Under the pieces are notes generated by a model that saw nothing but the letters and a program-made list of their open reading frames with translations, was not told the origin of the DNA and searched no databases. A DNA stretch of 64,000 bases. Origin: Calditrichaceae bacterium. Its GTDB lineage: Bacteria > Calditrichota > Calditrichia > Calditrichales > JBFXGD01. Both the position numbers and the translations under genes were made by a program. The stretch is from the NCBI GenBank assembly GCA_050173015.1, contig JBFXLE010000007.1, forward strand, positions 119,658-183,657, written 5' to 3'. Below, piece by piece: positions 11,007 to 25,194 of the stretch. Numbering within the stretch: the stretch's first letter is position 1; each line of letters opens with the position of its first letter.

Positions 11007-13097
11007 CTATGATCGGGATGTACGTTGCGATTTCTCTATAATTTCATCCGCAACACTTTGAGGCACTTTCTCATAATGTGAGAATTGCATTGTATAAATA
11101 GCCCGGCCCTGAGTGACCGAACGCAATGCTGTGGCATACCCGAACATCTCACTCAAAGCAACCATTCCATTCACAACCTGAGCATCTTTTCTTGGCAATA
11201 TACCGGAAATTTTACCTCTTCTGGAGTTCAAATCCCCTATAACATCACCTAAATACTCTTCCGGTACAATTATTTCTATACTAAATATCGGTTCAAGAAG
11301 AGCAGGACCCGCTTTTTTTGCTGCGTTTTGCAAAGCCATCGATCCGGCAATCTTAAATGCCATTTCACTCGAATCTACATCATGGTATGATCCATCGAAT
11401 AAACGAGCTTTAATATCTTCCATCGGATAACCCGCAAGCACGCCGTTCTTAAGCGCTCCTTCAATTCCCTGCTTAACCGAATTGATATATTCTCTCGGAA
11501 TCACCCCACCAACAACATTATCGATAAATTCAAATCCTTTTCCAGGCTCATTCGGCTCAACATCAATGATCACATGACCATACTGACCGCGCCCGCCTGA
11601 CTGACGAACAAATTTACCTTCAGCCTCAACTTTCTTCGTGATGGTTTCCTTGTAAGCAACCTGCGGCTTCCCGACATTCGCGCTCACTTTAAATTCACGC
11701 AAAAGTCTGTCCACAATAATCTCAAGATGCAGCTCACCCATACCACTAATGATTGTTTGCCCGGTCTCTTCATCTGTTTTAACATGAAACGTCGGATCTT
11801 CATCACTCAATTTCACCAAAGACTGGCTTAGCTTATCCTGATCAGCCTTCGTTTTCGGCTCGACCGCCACTGCAATTACCGGCTCAGGGAAGTTCATTTT
11901 CTCGAGTACAATTTGCTTATCTTCATCACAGAGAGTATCACCGGTACGCGTATTTTTCAATCCCACAATCGCAGCGATATCTCCTGTGGAGATTTGATCG
12001 ATATCCTCCCGGTGATTCGCGTGCATCTGCAGAAGACGCCCGACACGCTCTTTTTTCTCACTTACACTATTATATATATAGGAACCAGCCTTCAAGGATC
12101 CTGAATAAACCCGAACAAAAGTTAAACGACCGACAAACGGATCGACCATTATCTTAAAAGCCAAAGCAGAAAACGGCGCATTATCCAACGGTTTACGAGT
12201 GATTTTTTCGTCTGTTCTGGGATTTAATCCCTCTACATCCGGCAAATCGTTCGGTGACGGCAAATAATCAACCACGCCATCGAGAAGCCGCTGTACACCC
12301 TTGTTCTTGAAAGCGGAACCGCAAAAAACCGGCGTAATCTTTAAGTCAATAATCGCTTTTCTGATAGCGCCTTTTAACTCTTCCTTACCAATTTCTTCGC
12401 CATCAAGATACTTAATCATCAATTCTTCATCATATTCGGCGACCGCTTCAATAATATCATTCCTGTACTTTTCAGCTTTTTCAATCAAACCTTTTGGTAT
12501 CTCACCAACTTCAAACAACGCGCCAAGTGAACTATCATTATATAAAACAGAATTCATCTCAACTAAATCCACCAAACCGGTAAACAAATCGCCTTCACCA
12601 ATAGGAATCTGCAAAGGAACAGGATTCGATCCCAGCTTTTGTTTCATCATTTCCAGCACATTGTAAAAATCGGCGCCAATACGATCCATTTTATTCACAA
12701 ATGCAATTCTCGGCACATGATACTTATCAGCCTGACGCCAGACTGTCTCAGATTGCGGTTCAACACCCCCTACGGCGCAAAACAGAGCCACAGCGCCATC
12801 CAAAACCCTTAAAGAACGCTCAACCTCAACCGTAAAATCCACATGTCCCGGCGTATCAATAATATTGATCACATGATCTTTCCACATCGCTGTTGTCGCA
12901 GCCGAAGTAATCGTAATACCTCGCTCCTTTTCCTGCTCCATCCAGTCCATCGTGGCGGCACCATCATGCACCTCACCCATACGATGCAAGCGTCCTGTAT
13001 AAAATAAGATCCGCTCCGTCGTCGTGGTTTTCCCGGCGTCTATATGCGCCATGATACCTATATTTCTAATTTTATCTTTATTAACAATCTTACCCAT
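11007..13097 (-). CDS. fusA: Elongation factor G
   Basis: [27 protein letters not shown]. Confidence 0.99.
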   Translation of the reverse strand: MGKIVNKDKIRNIGIMAHIDAGKTTTTERILFYTGRLHRMGEVHDGAATMDWMEQEKERGITITSAATTAMWKDHVINIIDTPGHVDFTVEVERSLRVLDGAVALFCAVGGVEPQSETVWRQADKYHVPRIAFVNKMDRIGADFYNVLEMMKQKLGSNPVPLQIPIGEGDLFTGLVDLVEMNSVLYNDSSLGALFEVGEIPKGLIEKAEKYRNDIIEAVAEYDEELMIKYLDGEEIGKEELKGAIRKAIIDLKITPVFCGSAFKNKGVQRLLDGVVDYLPSPNDLPDVEGLNPRTDEKITRKPLDNAPFSALAFKIMVDPFVGRLTFVRVYSGSLKAGSYIYNSVSEKKERVGRLLQMHANHREDIDQISTGDIAAIVGLKNTRTGDTLCDEDKQIVLEKMNFPEPVIAVAVEPKTKADQDKLSQSLVKLSDEDPTFHVKTDEETGQTIISGMGELHLEIIVDRLLREFKVSANVGKPQVAYKETITKKVEAEGKFVRQSGGRGQYGHVIIDVEPNEPGKGFEFIDNVVGGVIPREYINSVKQGIEGALKNGVLAGYPMEDIKARLFDGSYHDVDSSEMAFKIAGSMALQNAAKKAGPALLEPIFSIEIIVPEEYLGDVIGDLNSRRGKISGILPRKDAQVVNGMVALSEMFGYATALRSVTQGRAIYTMQFSHYEKVPQSVADEIIEKSQRTSRS

Positions 13098-13113
13098 ATT
13101 TCCTATCTATCCT

Positions 13114-13584
13114 CTACCACCGGAAATGCGCAAACGCCTTATTCGCTTCTGCCATTTTGTGGGTGTCTTCTCTTTTCTTAACCGTGGTGCCTTCGTTTTT
13201 CCAGGCAGCCAACAACTCATTAGCCAATCTTTCCGCCATCGTCTTTTCGCTTCTCAATCTTGAGAAACGCACCAGCCAGCGGATCGCTAACGCCTGACGG
13301 CGATTTTCCCTAACCTCAACCGGAACCTGGTAAGTCGCGCCACCAACTCGTCTTGATTTCACTTCAACCATCGGCGCTACATTATCCATCGCCTTTTTGA
13401 ATACGGTTAGCGGGTTTTCTTTTCCCCTCTGTTCCACCAAATCCATCGCAGCATAAAAAGATTTTTCCGCAACACTTTTTTGCCCGCTTTTCATCATCCC
13501 ATTTATAAATTTCGCAACTACAATGTCTTTATATTTTGGATCTGGCAATATTGTTCTTTTTTGTGCTCTTCTTCTTCTCGGCAT
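13114..13584 (-). CDS. rpsG: 30S ribosomal protein S7
   Basis: [25 protein letters not shown]. Confidence 0.99.
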   Translation of the reverse strand: MPRRRRAQKRTILPDPKYKDIVVAKFINGMMKSGQKSVAEKSFYAAMDLVEQRGKENPLTVFKKAMDNVAPMVEVKSRRVGGATYQVPVEVRENRRQALAIRWLVRFSRLRSEKTMAERLANELLAAWKNEGTTVKKREDTHKMAEANKAFAHFRW

Positions 13585-13607
13585 ATCAACTCCACATTAC
13601 CCTAAAA

Positions 13608-13982
13608 TTAAGATTTTGGTTTTTTCGCACCATACTTGGAACGCCCCTGCTTCCTGTCGCTTACTCCGCTTGTATCCAATGTCCCGCGAATGATATGATA
13701 ACGAACACCAGGTAAATCCTTTACACGGCCGCCTCTGATTAGAACGATTGAGTGTTCCTGAAGATTATGTCCCTCACCAGGGATATATGCTGAAACCTCT
13801 ATACCGTTCGTCAATCTTACACGAGCAACCTTTCGCAACGCTGAATTCGGTTTTTTAGGAGTCGTAGTGTATACACGTGTGCAAACACCTCTTTTTTGTG
13901 GGCATGCACCAAGCGCGGGCGCTTTATTTGTTTTCGTTACAACTTTTCTGCCATGCCGAATCAACTGATTAATAGTAGGCAA
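13608..13982 (-). CDS. rpsL: 30S ribosomal protein S12
   Basis: [27 protein letters not shown] start. Confidence 0.99.
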   Translation of the reverse strand: MPTINQLIRHGRKVVTKTNKAPALGACPQKRGVCTRVYTTTPKKPNSALRKVARVRLTNGIEVSAYIPGEGHNLQEHSIVLIRGGRVKDLPGVRYHIIRGTLDTSGVSDRKQGRSKYGAKKPKS

Positions 13983-14011
13983 ACCATACCTCCAAAAAAT
14001 TACAGACTGTC

Positions 14012-14040
14012 AATATAATATATTTAATTTACCATTTCAA
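14012..14040 (-). promoter_or_regulatory. Putative sigma70 promoter for str operon
   Basis: TTGAAA-N17-TATATT on minus strand between rpoC and rpsL. Confidence 0.55.
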
Positions 14041-14057
14041 GAATATTTTTTATTATT

Positions 14058-17000
14058 TTACACCTGCTCAACAGGTGTATCCACTGCTCCGGCAAGCTCC
14101 TCTTCGCCGGCTTCTTCCTGCTCAATAATCATCCGCATGTCATTATATTTGGACAACCCCGTACCCGCAGGAATCAAGTGCCCCATAATAACATTTTCTT
14201 TCAAGCCAATCAGCCCGTCTTCTTTACCCGCTGTGGCTGCATCTGTTAATACCTGAGTTGTTTCCTGGAACGATGCCGCGGAAATAAAACTCTTTGTCGT
14301 TAATGCTGCCTGCGTAATACCCAACAGAATCGGAGTAAAGGCCGCAGGTCGCGCTTTGCGGTATTTAACAGGATTTTTTTTGTCCTTTTTCAGGTCACGG
14401 TTAATTGACTCTACCGTTTTCCGGTCTGACTCTGATCCCTCCCTGTAAAGTGAATCACCGGGATCTGTGACGATAATCTTATTGGCTATACGGGCATTCT
14501 CTTCAAAGAAGTCGACCTTGTGTATTTGATCACCGTCCAGGAATCGTGTATCACCCGAATCTTTCACTCTGACCTTCTGGAGCATCTGTCTTACAATGAT
14601 ACCAATATGCTTATCATTGATTTTTACACCCTGTAAACGGTACACTTCCTGGATTTCATTAACCATATATTCCTGCACTTTACCAGGACCCTTAATCGCG
14701 AGGATATCATCAGGTGAAATTGCTCCGTCAGTCAAGCGTTCACCAGCTTCAACAAGATCGTTTTCGTGAACCAGAATATGCATCCCATGCGGGATTAAGT
14801 ATTTTTTGGCTTCATGTTCAGATTCCACATTTATCTCACGAACACCACGCTTAACCGGACCGAATTTGATAAAACCATCGATCTCACTTACAACAGCCTT
14901 TTCTTTTGGCTGACGAGCTTCGAAAAGTTCAGCTACGCGCGGCAGACCACCTGTAATATCCCTTGTTTTTCCAATTTCACGTGGTATTTTGACCAACAGA
15001 TCACCAGCGCTAACCTTATCATTATCATTAACCTGGAGAAAAGCCTTGACCGGTATAATATATTGACCCAGTTTTTCGCCATCTTCATCATGTATGGAGA
15101 TATACGGATTCAGATTTTTATTTTTCGATTCAATTACTACTCTCTGCTTCCGTCCGGTCTGTTCATCTAATTCCTCCCGGAATGTAATATTTTCGATAAG
15201 ATCCTGGAACGATACCTTACCAGACTTATCAGCAATAATAACAGATGAATATGGATCCCAGTCAAAAAGTATATCGCCTCGTTTTAAATCATCACCATTT
15301 TTGCATTTCAGAGTAGCTCCGTAAGCTACATTATAAGTATTAATGGTTCTGTTGTCAGAATCCATAATCTCAATCTTACCGTTCCTGCCGATAACTACTT
15401 CCTCACCAGTCACGCTTGTAACAACTTTAAGATTGATTAACTTAACCTTACCATCCGCCTTTGAAGCGATGTGTGACTCAGCAGCTATATGTCCTGCCGT
15501 ACCACCAATATGGAAGGTACGCAATGTCAGCTGTGTACCCGGCTCACCGATACTCTGAGCAGCCATAACACCCACAGCTTCTCCATTTTCGACCAATTGT
15601 CCTGTTGCAAGGTTACGACCGTAACACATTGCACAGATCCCCTGTTTTGATTCACACGTCAACTCTGTCCTGACCCGAACCACTTCAATTGCCGAGTTCG
15701 TTATCTTATCGGCAACCACTTCATCTATGATATTTCCACGGTTTAGAATTACTTCATTTGTAACCGGGTCTATGACATCTGCGGAAGCGACTCGTCCAAG
15801 AACGCGATCTGACAATGGTTCAATAATTTCTTCACCTTCCTTAAGATCGGTAATATCTATCCCAAGAATAGTGCCACAATCCAGTTCTGTGATTATCACA
15901 TCCTGTGCGACATCCACAAGTCTTCTTGTCAGGTAACCGGCATCTGCGGTTTTTAGCGCTGTATCAGCCAAACCCTTACGGGCGCCGTGAGTGGAGATAA
16001 AGTATTCTATAACCGACAAGCCCTCAAGAAAGTTGGCTGTGATCGGGTTCTCGATAATTTCACCAGTTTGACCCGTTAACGATTTTTGAGGCTTGGCCAT
16101 CAAACCACGCATCCCGGCCAGCTGTCTTATCTGTTCTTTGCTGCCTCGAGCTCCGGAATCCGACATCATATAAAGCGGATTAAATCCGTCTCTGTTTCTT
16201 TTTAGTTTTTCAAACATAGTCTCTGCAACATTTGCAGTGACCCTGGTCCAGATATCGATAATTTTATTATATCTTTCACCGTCGGTAATAATACCGCGAT
16301 TGTACTGATCCTGAATTTCGTCAACTTCTTCCTGCGCCATTTTTACAAGAATATTCTTTTCCGGTGAAATGATGATATCAGATAGTCCAACCGATGAACC
16401 GGATTTCATGGCATAAGTGAACCCGAGAGCCTTTAGGTTATCAAGAAATTCTGCTGTCACCTTGTTGCCGGCTACGCGATAACAATCTGAGATAATCTCG
16501 GTGATAGTTTTCTTTGAAAGTAATTTATTAATATAACCTATTTCATCCGGAACGATCTCATTAAAGATGATGCGTCCGGTAGTGGTCTCAATTATTTCAC
16601 CTTTGATGCGCACTTTAATTTTTGCGTGAAGACTGATTTTCTCATTATTGTATGCGGCAATAACTTCTTTTTCCGATGAAAAGATCATTCCTTCACCCAT
16701 TGCTCCGGGAAGCATCTTGGCAAGGTAATAACACCCTAGCACAATATCCTGACTCGGTATGGCAACCGGTTTACCGTTTGCCGGCGAAAGAATATTATGA
16801 CTCGACAACATCAGCATTTTTGTTTCAACCTGCGCTTCATATGAAAGCGGAATATGTACGGCCATCTGATCACCGTCAAAGTCAGCGTTAAACGCGGAAC
16901 AGACCAGAGGATGAATTCGAATAGCCTTTCCTTCAATTAATACCGGTTGAAATGCCTGAATACCCAGTCTGTGAAGCGTTGGCGCGCGGTTTAACAAAAC

Positions 17001-18290
17001 AGGATGATCCTCAATGATCTCCTCAAGAATATCCCATACCTCCGGACCGCGACGTTCAACCAGTTTTTTTGCGCTTTTTACGGTTTTCACAAAACGGCGT
17101 TCTACAAGCTTTCGGATAATAAACGGTTTGAACAATTCAATCGCCATATCCTTCGGTAAACCGCACTCATGCAGTTTTAATTCAGGGCCAACGACAATAA
17201 CCGATCTACCGGAATAATCAACGCGTTTTCCAAGCAAATTCTGGCGGAACCTGCCCTGCTTACCTTTTAACATATCTGATAAAGATTTTAGAGGTCGATC
17301 ACCATCCGAACGCATGGCAGCTGATCTTTTTGAATTATCAAAAAGAGAATCAACCGATTCCTGAAGCATTCTTTTTTCGTTTCTCAAAATGACTTCCGGC
17401 GCCTTGATTTCCAGCAGCTTTTTCAGCCGGTTGTTACGGATAATTACGCGTCTGTACAGATCATTCAAATCACTTGTTGCGAATCGCCCGCCTTCAAGAG
17501 GAACCAAAGGCCTTAATTCAGGAGGAATTACCGGAATAACATCCAGAATCATCCATTCGGGCCTGTTACGATATTCTGTATTTTCTTCTTTAACACGAAA
17601 CGCTTCAACAACTTTTAGTCTTTTGAGCGCTTCCTGCTTTTTCTGTTCTGAAGTTTCTGACTTCACCACTTTTCTCAACTGCAGCGCGAGCTCTTCTATA
17701 TCGAGCATTTTTAACAACTGGTGGATTGCTTCGCCACCAATTCTCGCGACAAATTTCTCTGGATCTTCATCAGTCAGTTCTTCATTCAAATCGCCATGAG
17801 CATCCAGCTGATTGAAGTATTCTTCCTCAGTAATCAGCTCTTTAAACTTTAGATTGCTCTTCCCCGGATTAACGATGACATAGTTTTCATAGTATATAAC
17901 TTTCTCAAGGTCTTTCGGCGACATATCGAGCAGATAGCCGATCTTGGAAGGCAATGATCTGAAGAACCAAATATGAACAACCGGTACCGCAAGGCTTATA
18001 TGCCCCATGCGTTCACGCCGCACAGCCTTTTGTGTGACTTCAACCCCGCAGCGGTCGCAAATAATGCCCTTATAGCGAATTCTTTTATATTTCCCGCAAT
18101 GACATTCCCAATCTTTTACAGGGCCAAATATTTTTTCGCAAAACAACCCGTCTTTTTCGGGCTTGAATGACCGGTAATTGATGGTCTCCGGCTTGGTGAC
18201 TTCACCGTGTGACTGTTCTAAAATATCATTCGGTGATGCCAGGCCGATAATAATTTTGTTGAATTTATTTGGGCTTCTTTTAATCTGCAA
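14058..18290 (-). CDS. rpoC: RNA polymerase beta' subunit
   Basis: NADFDGD catalytic motif, N-terminal Zn finger; TTG start. Confidence 0.99.
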   Translation of the reverse strand: MQIKRSPNKFNKIIIGLASPNDILEQSHGEVTKPETINYRSFKPEKDGLFCEKIFGPVKDWECHCGKYKRIRYKGIICDRCGVEVTQKAVRRERMGHISLAVPVVHIWFFRSLPSKIGYLLDMSPKDLEKVIYYENYVIVNPGKSNLKFKELITEEEYFNQLDAHGDLNEELTDEDPEKFVARIGGEAIHQLLKMLDIEELALQLRKVVKSETSEQKKQEALKRLKVVEAFRVKEENTEYRNRPEWMILDVIPVIPPELRPLVPLEGGRFATSDLNDLYRRVIIRNNRLKKLLEIKAPEVILRNEKRMLQESVDSLFDNSKRSAAMRSDGDRPLKSLSDMLKGKQGRFRQNLLGKRVDYSGRSVIVVGPELKLHECGLPKDMAIELFKPFIIRKLVERRFVKTVKSAKKLVERRGPEVWDILEEIIEDHPVLLNRAPTLHRLGIQAFQPVLIEGKAIRIHPLVCSAFNADFDGDQMAVHIPLSYEAQVETKMLMLSSHNILSPANGKPVAIPSQDIVLGCYYLAKMLPGAMGEGMIFSSEKEVIAAYNNEKISLHAKIKVRIKGEIIETTTGRIIFNEIVPDEIGYINKLLSKKTITEIISDCYRVAGNKVTAEFLDNLKALGFTYAMKSGSSVGLSDIIISPEKNILVKMAQEEVDEIQDQYNRGIITDGERYNKIIDIWTRVTANVAETMFEKLKRNRDGFNPLYMMSDSGARGSKEQIRQLAGMRGLMAKPQKSLTGQTGEIIENPITANFLEGLSVIEYFISTHGARKGLADTALKTADAGYLTRRLVDVAQDVIITELDCGTILGIDITDLKEGEEIIEPLSDRVLGRVASADVIDPVTNEVILNRGNIIDEVVADKITNSAIEVVRVRTELTCESKQGICAMCYGRNLATGQLVENGEAVGVMAAQSIGEPGTQLTLRTFHIGGTAGHIAAESHIASKADGKVKLINLKVVTSVTGEEVVIGRNGKIEIMDSDNRTINTYNVAYGATLKCKNGDDLKRGDILFDWDPYSSVIIADKSGKVSFQDLIENITFREELDEQTGRKQRVVIESKNKNLNPYISIHDEDGEKLGQYIIPVKAFLQVNDNDKVSAGDLLVKIPREIGKTRDITGGLPRVAELFEARQPKEKAVVSEIDGFIKFGPVKRGVREINVESEHEAKKYLIPHGMHILVHENDLVEAGERLTDGAISPDDILAIKGPGKVQEYMVNEIQEVYRLQGVKINDKHIGIIVRQMLQKVRVKDSGDTRFLDGDQIHKVDFFEENARIANKIIVTDPGDSLYREGSESDRKTVESINRDLKKDKKNPVKYRKARPAAFTPILLGITQAALTTKSFISAASFQETTQVLTDAATAGKEDGLIGLKENVIMGHLIPAGTGLSKYNDMRMIIEQEEAGEEELAGAVDTPVEQV

Positions 18291-18340
18291 AATTACGACT
18301 CCTATTTATAAAAAACCTTACGGCGACCAACCCTTGAACT

Positions 18341-21300
18341 CTACTCAAGTCTCACTTTCAAACCGAGACCCTGAAGTTCACGGACAAGAACATTGAATGA
18401 TTCCGGTGTTCCCGGGTCAGGGAGATTTTCTCCCTTCACGATCGCTTCATAGGTTTTTGAACGACCTGTTACATCATCACTTTTAACTGTCAGGATTTCC
18501 TGAAGTGTATATGCAGCACCATAAGCTTCCAGTGCCCAGACTTCCATTTCTCCAAATCGCTGTCCACCGAACTGGGCCTTGCCACCGAGTGGCTGCTGGG
18601 TAATTAATGAATACGGGCCGATTGACCTGGCGTGGATCTTATCGTCAACCAGATGCGATAATTTGAGCATGTAAATAAACCCGACAGATACATCCTGATC
18701 AAATCGCTCTCCGGTCCGACCATCCACCAGACGAACTTTACCGCTTTCCGGCAAGCCGGCGTTTTCCATTTCAGCAACCAAATCGTTCATTGTCGCGCCG
18801 TCAAAAACCGGAGTTGAGTATTTTTTACCAAGTTTATATCCCGCCCAACCTAAGGTTGTTTCAAAAATCTGCCCAAGATTCATACGAGAAGGAACGCCAA
18901 GCGGATTCAATATAATATCAATAGGCGTACCATCGTCAAGGAAGGGCATATCCTCCATCGGGACAACTCGTGAAACAACACCTTTGTTGCCGTGACGGCC
19001 AGCCATTTTATCACCTACCGAAAGCTTTCTCTTTTCAGCAATATAAACTTTGGCCAATTGCACTATTCCCGGCGGCAGTTCATCACCGATCATGATCTTA
19101 TGTTTTTCGCGTTTCAGATCATTCTCAATATCCAAAAGGACCTGTCTGTAATCAGAGTAAACCTGCCTCACAAAGGTATTTTTGGGATCTTCTTCAAACC
19201 AGGTTGAATTTATATCTAAATTTTTAACATCAATTTTTGAAAAAGTATCTTTCGTTATTACCGTATTTGCTTTTATTGCATTTTTACCGTCAACATAGCG
19301 AATTCCAACAGTTTTCATACCGTCAAAATGACCGGATAAATTTCCCGCCAGTTTCGAAACCACTATTTTGCGTTTCCGCTCGGCTTCCTGCTCAAGCTTT
19401 TCAACGATATGCTTCTCTTCTTTCTTTGTGACGGCATCCTTCTTTTTTCTGGAGAAGAGTCTCGTGTTTATTACGACCCCTTTCATCCCGGGAGGAGCTT
19501 TCAGAGAAGCATCCTTTACGTCACCGGCCTTCGATCCGAATATAGCTTTCAGCAATTTTTCTTCAGGAGTCGGATCCGTCTCTCCCTTCGGTGTTACTTT
19601 CCCAATAATAATATCAGTGGCATTTACTTCAGCGCCAACACGAATGATTCCGTTTTCATCGAGATTTTTTGTTGCCTCTTCGCTGACATTTGGAATTTCA
19701 CGGGTGAGTTCTTCTTCACCTCTTTTTGTATCCCGTACCTGAAGTTCAAACTCCTGAATATGAATCGATGTGTAGACATCATCCCGAACAACGCGCTCAC
19801 TCATGATGATCGCGTCTTCGAAATTATATCCCATCCAGGGCATAAAGGCAACAAGCACGTTACGGCCAAGAGCAAGTTCGCCATCATCTGTGGCGCAACC
19901 ATCCGCAAGAACATCGCCTTTTTTTACCTTCTGACCCGGCGCAACCAAAGGTCGCTGGTTAATGGATGTATCCTGGTTGGTTCTCATAAACTTTGTGAGC
20001 TGATACTCAACTATTTCAGATTGCTCTAAAAGTCTTCCCTTGCCGGATGTCGGTTGTTTTGGATTATCAAGCCGGATCAAAACCTTGTCCGCATCGACAT
20101 ATTCAACCACTCCGTCATCTTCCGACAATACCAGAGTACCGGAATCTTCAGCGACTTTCTTTTCCATACCCGTACCGACAATCGGTGCTTCAGGCACGAG
20201 AAGCGGAACAGCCTGTCGCTGCATATTTGATCCCATCAAAGCTCTGTTAGCGTCATCATGTTCGAGAAACGGTATCAGCGAAGCAGCCGGAGAGACGATC
20301 TGATTAGTCGCTACATCCATATAATCAAGCTCTTCGGGAGTGACCACCGGGAATTCGCCCTTGTATCTGGCCTTAACCCTGTCTCTTACAAAATTACCAC
20401 CTTGATCCAACGGCGCGTTAACCTGCGCGATAGTAAAACTATCTTCTTCGGTAGCGGACAGAAAAGCGATTTCTTTTGTTACTTTTCCCTTTTTGACAAC
20501 GCGATAAGGTGTTTCAATAAATCCGAAATCATTGATACGCGCATGAACACACATGGACGAGATCAAACCAATATTTGGCCCTTCAGGGGTCTCAATCGGA
20601 CAAAGCCGGCCATAATGTGTGTAATGAACGTCACGAACCTCAAACCCTGCGCGTTCACGGGTCAATCCACCTGGACCAAGAGCAGACAACCTTCTTTTAT
20701 GAGTTAATTCTGCCAGCGGATTTGTCTGATCCATAAACTGAGACAACTGCGATGTCCCAAAAAAGGTGTTTATGACTGAGGAAATGGTTCTCGCGTTAAC
20801 CAGATCCTGAGGTGTCAGCTTATCGGAATCTCCGATATTCATTCTTTCCTTGATGGTACGCGCCATGCGGGATAATCCCACACTGAACTGTGCTGCCAAC
20901 TGTTCGCCGACAGTTCTGACACGTCTGTTGCCAAGATGATCAATATCATCAGTAGCTCTGATACCTTCGCGTAATTCAAGCAGATATTTAATAATCGCAA
21001 GAATATCTTCACGTGTAAGAACAGTTGTTTCGTAGGGGATATCGAGCTTTAACTTTTTATTGATACGGTAACGCCCGACCGCTCCCATGTCATACCGTTT
21101 TTCATTAAAGAACATTCTTTCAATCAGGCTTCTTGCAGTTTCAATATCAGGCGGCTCGCCTGAACGCAATTGTCTGTATATAGCCTCGATTGACTGCACA
21201 TCAGTTCTGGTCGTGTCTTTTTGAAGTGTATTAAAAATGACATTAGGAGAATTAGTATCTCCAAGTTTAATGATTTTAAGCTTTTTGACTCCAAGCTCCA

Positions 21301-22117
21301 GACACTGCTCCAACAGCTCAGAAGTGAGCTCTTTGCCTTGTTCGGCGATAACTTCGCCCGTTTGAAAATCAACAAGATCCGACGCCAGCACCTGTCCGGT
21401 CAGCATCGGAAAAGCATCCAGAGTTACCTTGACTTCTTCATCCAAACCAAAGAGCTTTAATATCTCTTCATTTGTTGAGAATCCAATAGCACGTAAAAGC
21501 ATAGAGACAGGAAATTTCTTCTTCCTGTCAATATACACGAACATAACATCATTAACATCGGTTGTAAACTCAACCCATGACCCTCTAAATGGTATTATCC
21601 GCGCAGAAAACAACGGCGTACCATTCGGATGCTGGCTTTCGGAGAAGAAAACACCCGGGGAACGATGAAGTTGACTCACTACTACCCGTTCCGCACCATT
21701 TATTATAAATGTACCGCGGAATGTCATATACGGCATGTTGCCAAGATAGACATCCTGCTCGATAAATTCTGTGAAATTATCCGTTTCCCCGGTCGCGTCT
21801 TTTATAGCCAGGCGCATTTTTGCCTTTATCGGAACCGCGTAACTTACGCCGCGTTCCTGGCATTCCCTAACGTTGTATTTAGGCTTATCTACGTAATATT
21901 CCACATACTGGAGCTCAAAATTACCCGCGCTGTCAGTAATAGGAAAAATACTCTGAAATACGGCATTCAGCCCTTCAGCTTTACGTTGCTCGGGACTTAT
22001 ATTCGCCTGAATAAAATCTTCAAAAGATCTTGTCTGGATTTCCAGTAAATTCGGAAAATCCATGACCTGGGGTATCCGCATAAAAGATGACCGTGCAATC
22101 GGCTTCTTTTGTTTCAA
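18341..22117 (-). CDS. rpoB: RNA polymerase beta subunit
   Basis: [34 protein letters not shown] start. Confidence 0.99.
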   Translation of the reverse strand: MKQKKPIARSSFMRIPQVMDFPNLLEIQTRSFEDFIQANISPEQRKAEGLNAVFQSIFPITDSAGNFELQYVEYYVDKPKYNVRECQERGVSYAVPIKAKMRLAIKDATGETDNFTEFIEQDVYLGNMPYMTFRGTFIINGAERVVVSQLHRSPGVFFSESQHPNGTPLFSARIIPFRGSWVEFTTDVNDVMFVYIDRKKKFPVSMLLRAIGFSTNEEILKLFGLDEEVKVTLDAFPMLTGQVLASDLVDFQTGEVIAEQGKELTSELLEQCLELGVKKLKIIKLGDTNSPNVIFNTLQKDTTRTDVQSIEAIYRQLRSGEPPDIETARSLIERMFFNEKRYDMGAVGRYRINKKLKLDIPYETTVLTREDILAIIKYLLELREGIRATDDIDHLGNRRVRTVGEQLAAQFSVGLSRMARTIKERMNIGDSDKLTPQDLVNARTISSVINTFFGTSQLSQFMDQTNPLAELTHKRRLSALGPGGLTRERAGFEVRDVHYTHYGRLCPIETPEGPNIGLISSMCVHARINDFGFIETPYRVVKKGKVTKEIAFLSATEEDSFTIAQVNAPLDQGGNFVRDRVKARYKGEFPVVTPEELDYMDVATNQIVSPAASLIPFLEHDDANRALMGSNMQRQAVPLLVPEAPIVGTGMEKKVAEDSGTLVLSEDDGVVEYVDADKVLIRLDNPKQPTSGKGRLLEQSEIVEYQLTKFMRTNQDTSINQRPLVAPGQKVKKGDVLADGCATDDGELALGRNVLVAFMPWMGYNFEDAIIMSERVVRDDVYTSIHIQEFELQVRDTKRGEEELTREIPNVSEEATKNLDENGIIRVGAEVNATDIIIGKVTPKGETDPTPEEKLLKAIFGSKAGDVKDASLKAPPGMKGVVINTRLFSRKKKDAVTKKEEKHIVEKLEQEAERKRKIVVSKLAGNLSGHFDGMKTVGIRYVDGKNAIKANTVITKDTFSKIDVKNLDINSTWFEEDPKNTFVRQVYSDYRQVLLDIENDLKREKHKIMIGDELPPGIVQLAKVYIAEKRKLSVGDKMAGRHGNKGVVSRVVPMEDMPFLDDGTPIDIILNPLGVPSRMNLGQIFETTLGWAGYKLGKKYSTPVFDGATMNDLVAEMENAGLPESGKVRLVDGRTGERFDQDVSVGFIYMLKLSHLVDDKIHARSIGPYSLITQQPLGGKAQFGGQRFGEMEVWALEAYGAAYTLQEILTVKSDDVTGRSKTYEAIVKGENLPDPGTPESFNVLVRELQGLGLKVRLE

Positions 22118-22171
22118 AGGCTTACCCTCGCATAAGTTTTGTGAAAAAATTAAGAATTTTTAGCGAACAGA

Positions 22172-22555
22172 CTATTTAAGTTCTACTACGCCGCCAACTT
22201 CTTCGATTTGCTTTTTGATATCTTCTGCTTCTGCTTTGGATACACCTTCCTTAACCGGTTTAGGTGCGCCGTCAACCAAATCCTTCGCTTCTTTCAGACC
22301 AAGACCGGTGATTGCCCGAACAACTTTAATAACCTGAATTTTCTTATCCCCGGCTGCAGTAAGAACAACATCAAATTCGGTTTTTTCTTCGGCAGCTTCG
22401 GCAGGAGCCGCAGCAGCAGGACCGGCAGCAACAGCTACTGGAGCAGCTGCAGTTACACCGAATTTCTCTTCGATATCCTTGATTAACTCAGAGATTTCGA
22501 GCATTGTCGCACCTTCGAGATAGCTGAGAACGTCACCTCTTTTAATTTCTGCCAT
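22172..22555 (-). CDS. rplL: 50S ribosomal protein L7/L12
   Basis: Ala-rich hinge, [11 protein letters not shown]. Confidence 0.99.
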   Translation of the reverse strand: MAEIKRGDVLSYLEGATMLEISELIKDIEEKFGVTAAAPVAVAAGPAAAAPAEAAEEKTEFDVVLTAAGDKKIQVIKVVRAITGLGLKEAKDLVDGAPKPVKEGVSKAEAEDIKKQIEEVGGVVELK

Positions 22556-22591
22556 TATAAACCTCCAATACTGACTATAAAATTATTGTTT

Positions 22592-23110
22592 TTATCCCTG
22601 TTTCTTATCTTTTACACTATTAATTGTACCGACTAATTTCTGCATATTTGCCTGCAACAAACCAACCAATTTCGACATCGGGGCCTGGAGAGTACTGGCA
22701 AACTGAGCAATGAGAACTTCTCTTGATGGCAAATTCGCAATTACATCTGCCTGTGCCGCATCGAAAACCCGACCTTCAAACAGCACAACTTTCAGCTTAA
22801 GAAGTTCTTTCTTCTTGTTAAAATCCTTTAACAATTTTGCCGGAAGAGTAGGATCATCGTAGCCGATCACAAAACCGGTTACTCCGTTTAAGAAGGGATC
22901 CAGCTCGCTTATTCCCGCATTATTTAAAGAAATTTTCGCTAATCTGTTTTTAACTACTTTATACTCAACACCTGCTTCTCTGAATTTTTTCCGTATCTCT
23001 GTTACAGTAGCTACATCAAGACCAGCGAAATCAGCTAAATATACGCTTTTAGCCTTCTTAAACTTGTCTGTAAACTCTTCAACGATCTCAATTTTTCTAG
23101 GTGTAGCCAT
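22592..23110 (-). CDS. rplJ: 50S ribosomal protein L10
   Basis: YKVVKNRL, LPSREVLIAQ; synteny. Confidence 0.97.
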   Translation of the reverse strand: MATPRKIEIVEEFTDKFKKAKSVYLADFAGLDVATVTEIRKKFREAGVEYKVVKNRLAKISLNNAGISELDPFLNGVTGFVIGYDDPTLPAKLLKDFNKKKELLKLKVVLFEGRVFDAAQADVIANLPSREVLIAQFASTLQAPMSKLVGLLQANMQKLVGTINSVKDKKQG

Positions 23111-23136
23111 GACCTGATCCTTATTGTCTAATTATA

Positions 23137-23835
23137 TTATGATGTGTACGACGACACGTTTTTATCTAAATAGATACCTGGGCCCATTGTACTTGAAATT
23201 GATATTGATCTCAAATATGTGCCTTTGGCGGATGCAGGACGCAACTTTATGATAGCATTTACAAAAGTTTTAATATTTTGAACAATATTATCTTCTGAGA
23301 AAGACACTTTTCCAATACCCGTATGGACAATACCCGTCTTATCAACCCGGAAATCAATTTTACCCGCTTTGATTTCTTTTACCGCCAATTCAACATTCGG
23401 TGTTACTGTACCGCTTTTGGGATTAGGCATCAAACCACGGGTTCCAAGAATCTTCCCAAGCTTGCCAACCATTCCCATCACATCCGGCGAAGCTACCGCC
23501 ACATCGAAATCAAGCCATCCGCCTTGTACCTTTTCAATGTATTCCTCTAATCCGGCATAATCAGCGCCGGCATCCAGCGCCTGCTGAACCTTGTCGCCCT
23601 TAGTAAAAACCAGCACACGCACTTTCTTCCCGGTACCGAAGGGGAGCGCAACCGTACCACGGACCATCTGATCAGCATGCCTTGGGTCAACACCAAGCTT
23701 CATTGCTATTTCTACTGTCTCGTCAAATTTAGCCGTCGAGGTTTCCTTAATGATCTTAACAGCATCTTCTACCGGATACTCCCTGTTACGATCAATCTTC
23801 TCTAAGACTTGACGATAACGTTTACTTCGCTTCAT
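23137..23835 (-). CDS. rplA: 50S ribosomal protein L1
   Basis: [19 protein letters not shown]. Confidence 0.99.
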   Translation of the reverse strand: MKRSKRYRQVLEKIDRNREYPVEDAVKIIKETSTAKFDETVEIAMKLGVDPRHADQMVRGTVALPFGTGKKVRVLVFTKGDKVQQALDAGADYAGLEEYIEKVQGGWLDFDVAVASPDVMGMVGKLGKILGTRGLMPNPKSGTVTPNVELAVKEIKAGKIDFRVDKTGIVHTGIGKVSFSEDNIVQNIKTFVNAIIKLRPASAKGTYLRSISISSTMGPGIYLDKNVSSYTS

Positions 23836-23855
23836 CCTTACCTCATTAATAAATT

Positions 23856-24278
23856 TTATTCAACAACAATACCCATGTTGCGAGCTGTTCCTTCAACCAT
23901 ACTCATAGCTGCTTCAATATCCGCAGCGGTCAAATCGGGCATTTTAATTTCGGCTATCTTTCTAACTTGAGCTTTTGTCACCTTACCGACTTTAACCGTA
24001 TGCGGTGTCGAAGACCCTTTTTCAAGTCCGGCCTCTTTCAACAACAACGTGGCGGCTGGCGGCGTTTTGGTGATGAATGAAAATGAGCGATCTGCATAAA
24101 CCGTAATCTCAACCGGGATAATCATTCCGCCTTTATCCTGGGTTTTCGCATTATACGCTTTGCAAAACTCCATAATATTTACACCATGCTGACCGAGTGC
24201 AGGTCCGACAGGTGGAGCCGGTTTTGCCTGCCCTGCGGGTAATTGCAATTTTATTTTAGCAATTTCTTTTTTTGCCAT
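23856..24278 (-). CDS. rplK: 50S ribosomal protein L11
   Basis: [21 protein letters not shown]. Confidence 0.99.
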   Translation of the reverse strand: MAKKEIAKIKLQLPAGQAKPAPPVGPALGQHGVNIMEFCKAYNAKTQDKGGMIIPVEITVYADRSFSFITKTPPAATLLLKEAGLEKGSSTPHTVKVGKVTKAQVRKIAEIKMPDLTAADIEAAMSMVEGTARNMGIVVE

Positions 24279-24310
24279 AACAAATTAACCCTTAATTATA
24301 ATACGCATCT

Positions 24311-24856
24311 CTATTTTTCAAGCTCTACCTGAAGGAAATCAAGCTCTACAGGAGTCAACCTTCCAAATATGCTTATATTAACTTTTACTTTATTCTTCTC
24401 TTCGTTTATTTCTTCCACGAAGCCGGTAAACTCATTAAAAGGACCATCGACAACCCGGATGGGGTCACCAACCCTGAAAGGAACACTCACTTTACCCTTC
24501 ACTTCCTTCTCATGACTTTTCTCGATCTTACCAAGCACTGACCGAACTTCAGAATCTCTTAACGGCACCGGTTCGTTTCTCGGCCCCACAAAACTAATTA
24601 CACCCGGCGCGTTAACAATTACATGCTTGGTCTGATTATCCAGCAACATTTCAATGATCATATACCCCGGAAAAAAGACCTTGTTTTTAACGCGCTTTTT
24701 TCCATCCTTCATCTCAATGATATTTTCGGACGGGATAACGATGTTACCAACTTTTTCTTCGATGCCCTGTAGCTTTATTTCGTTTTCTATATGCGCTTTT
24801 ACCCTTGCTTCTTTACCCGAATACACTCTCAGCGCATACCACTGCTTGTCGGCCAC
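24311..24856 (-). CDS. nusG: Transcription termination/antitermination factor NusG
   Basis: WYALRVYSG, FFPGY, KOW DGPF..F.G, IFGRLTPVEL. Confidence 0.98.
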   Translation of the reverse strand: MADKQWYALRVYSGKEARVKAHIENEIKLQGIEEKVGNIVIPSENIIEMKDGKKRVKNKVFFPGYMIIEMLLDNQTKHVIVNAPGVISFVGPRNEPVPLRDSEVRSVLGKIEKSHEKEVKGKVSVPFRVGDPIRVVDGPFNEFTGFVEEINEEKNKVKVNISIFGRLTPVELDFLQVELEK

Positions 24857-24879
24857 AGTTTTTCCCTCGCGTTAAAAAT

Positions 24880-25062
24880 TTAATAAAACAATTGAATAAG
24901 TTTCGATATTATCGTATCTGCAAAAAATATAAACAGGGTGAATGCGATACTCACCGCAATGACCACAACTGTTGAATTAGTTAATTCAGGACGGGTCGGC
25001 CATGAAACCTTAGCCATCTCTACCTTAACATCTTCAATGAACTGCTGTATTTTCTTAATCAT
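24880..25062 (-). CDS. secE: Preprotein translocase SecE
   Basis: EMAKVSWPT + one TM helix; upstream of nusG. Confidence 0.96.
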   Translation of the reverse strand: MIKKIQQFIEDVKVEMAKVSWPTRPELTNSTVVVIAVSIAFTLFIFFADTIISKLIQLFY

Positions 25063-25105
25063 ATCTTAACCAAACTCCGGATATTTTGGAAAATAAAAAA
25101 GTCAG

Positions 25106-25179
25106 CAGGCCTGGAGGGACTCGAACCCCCAACCCCCGGTTTTGGAGACCGGTGCTCTAGCCAATTGAGCTACAAGCCT
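25106..25179 (-). tRNA. tRNA-Trp (CCA)
   Basis: AGGCTTGTAGCTCAATTGGCTAGAGCACCGGTCTCCAAAACCGGGGGTTGGGGGTTCGAGTCCCTCCAGGCCTG; cloverleaf, 3' CCA not encoded. Confidence 0.97.
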
Positions 25180-25194
25180 AGCTGTTTTTTTCAA

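Noticed and set aside
14058-22117. Inteins, introns or rpoB-rpoC fusion
   Set aside because: Normal lengths, separate ORFs, no intein motifs seen
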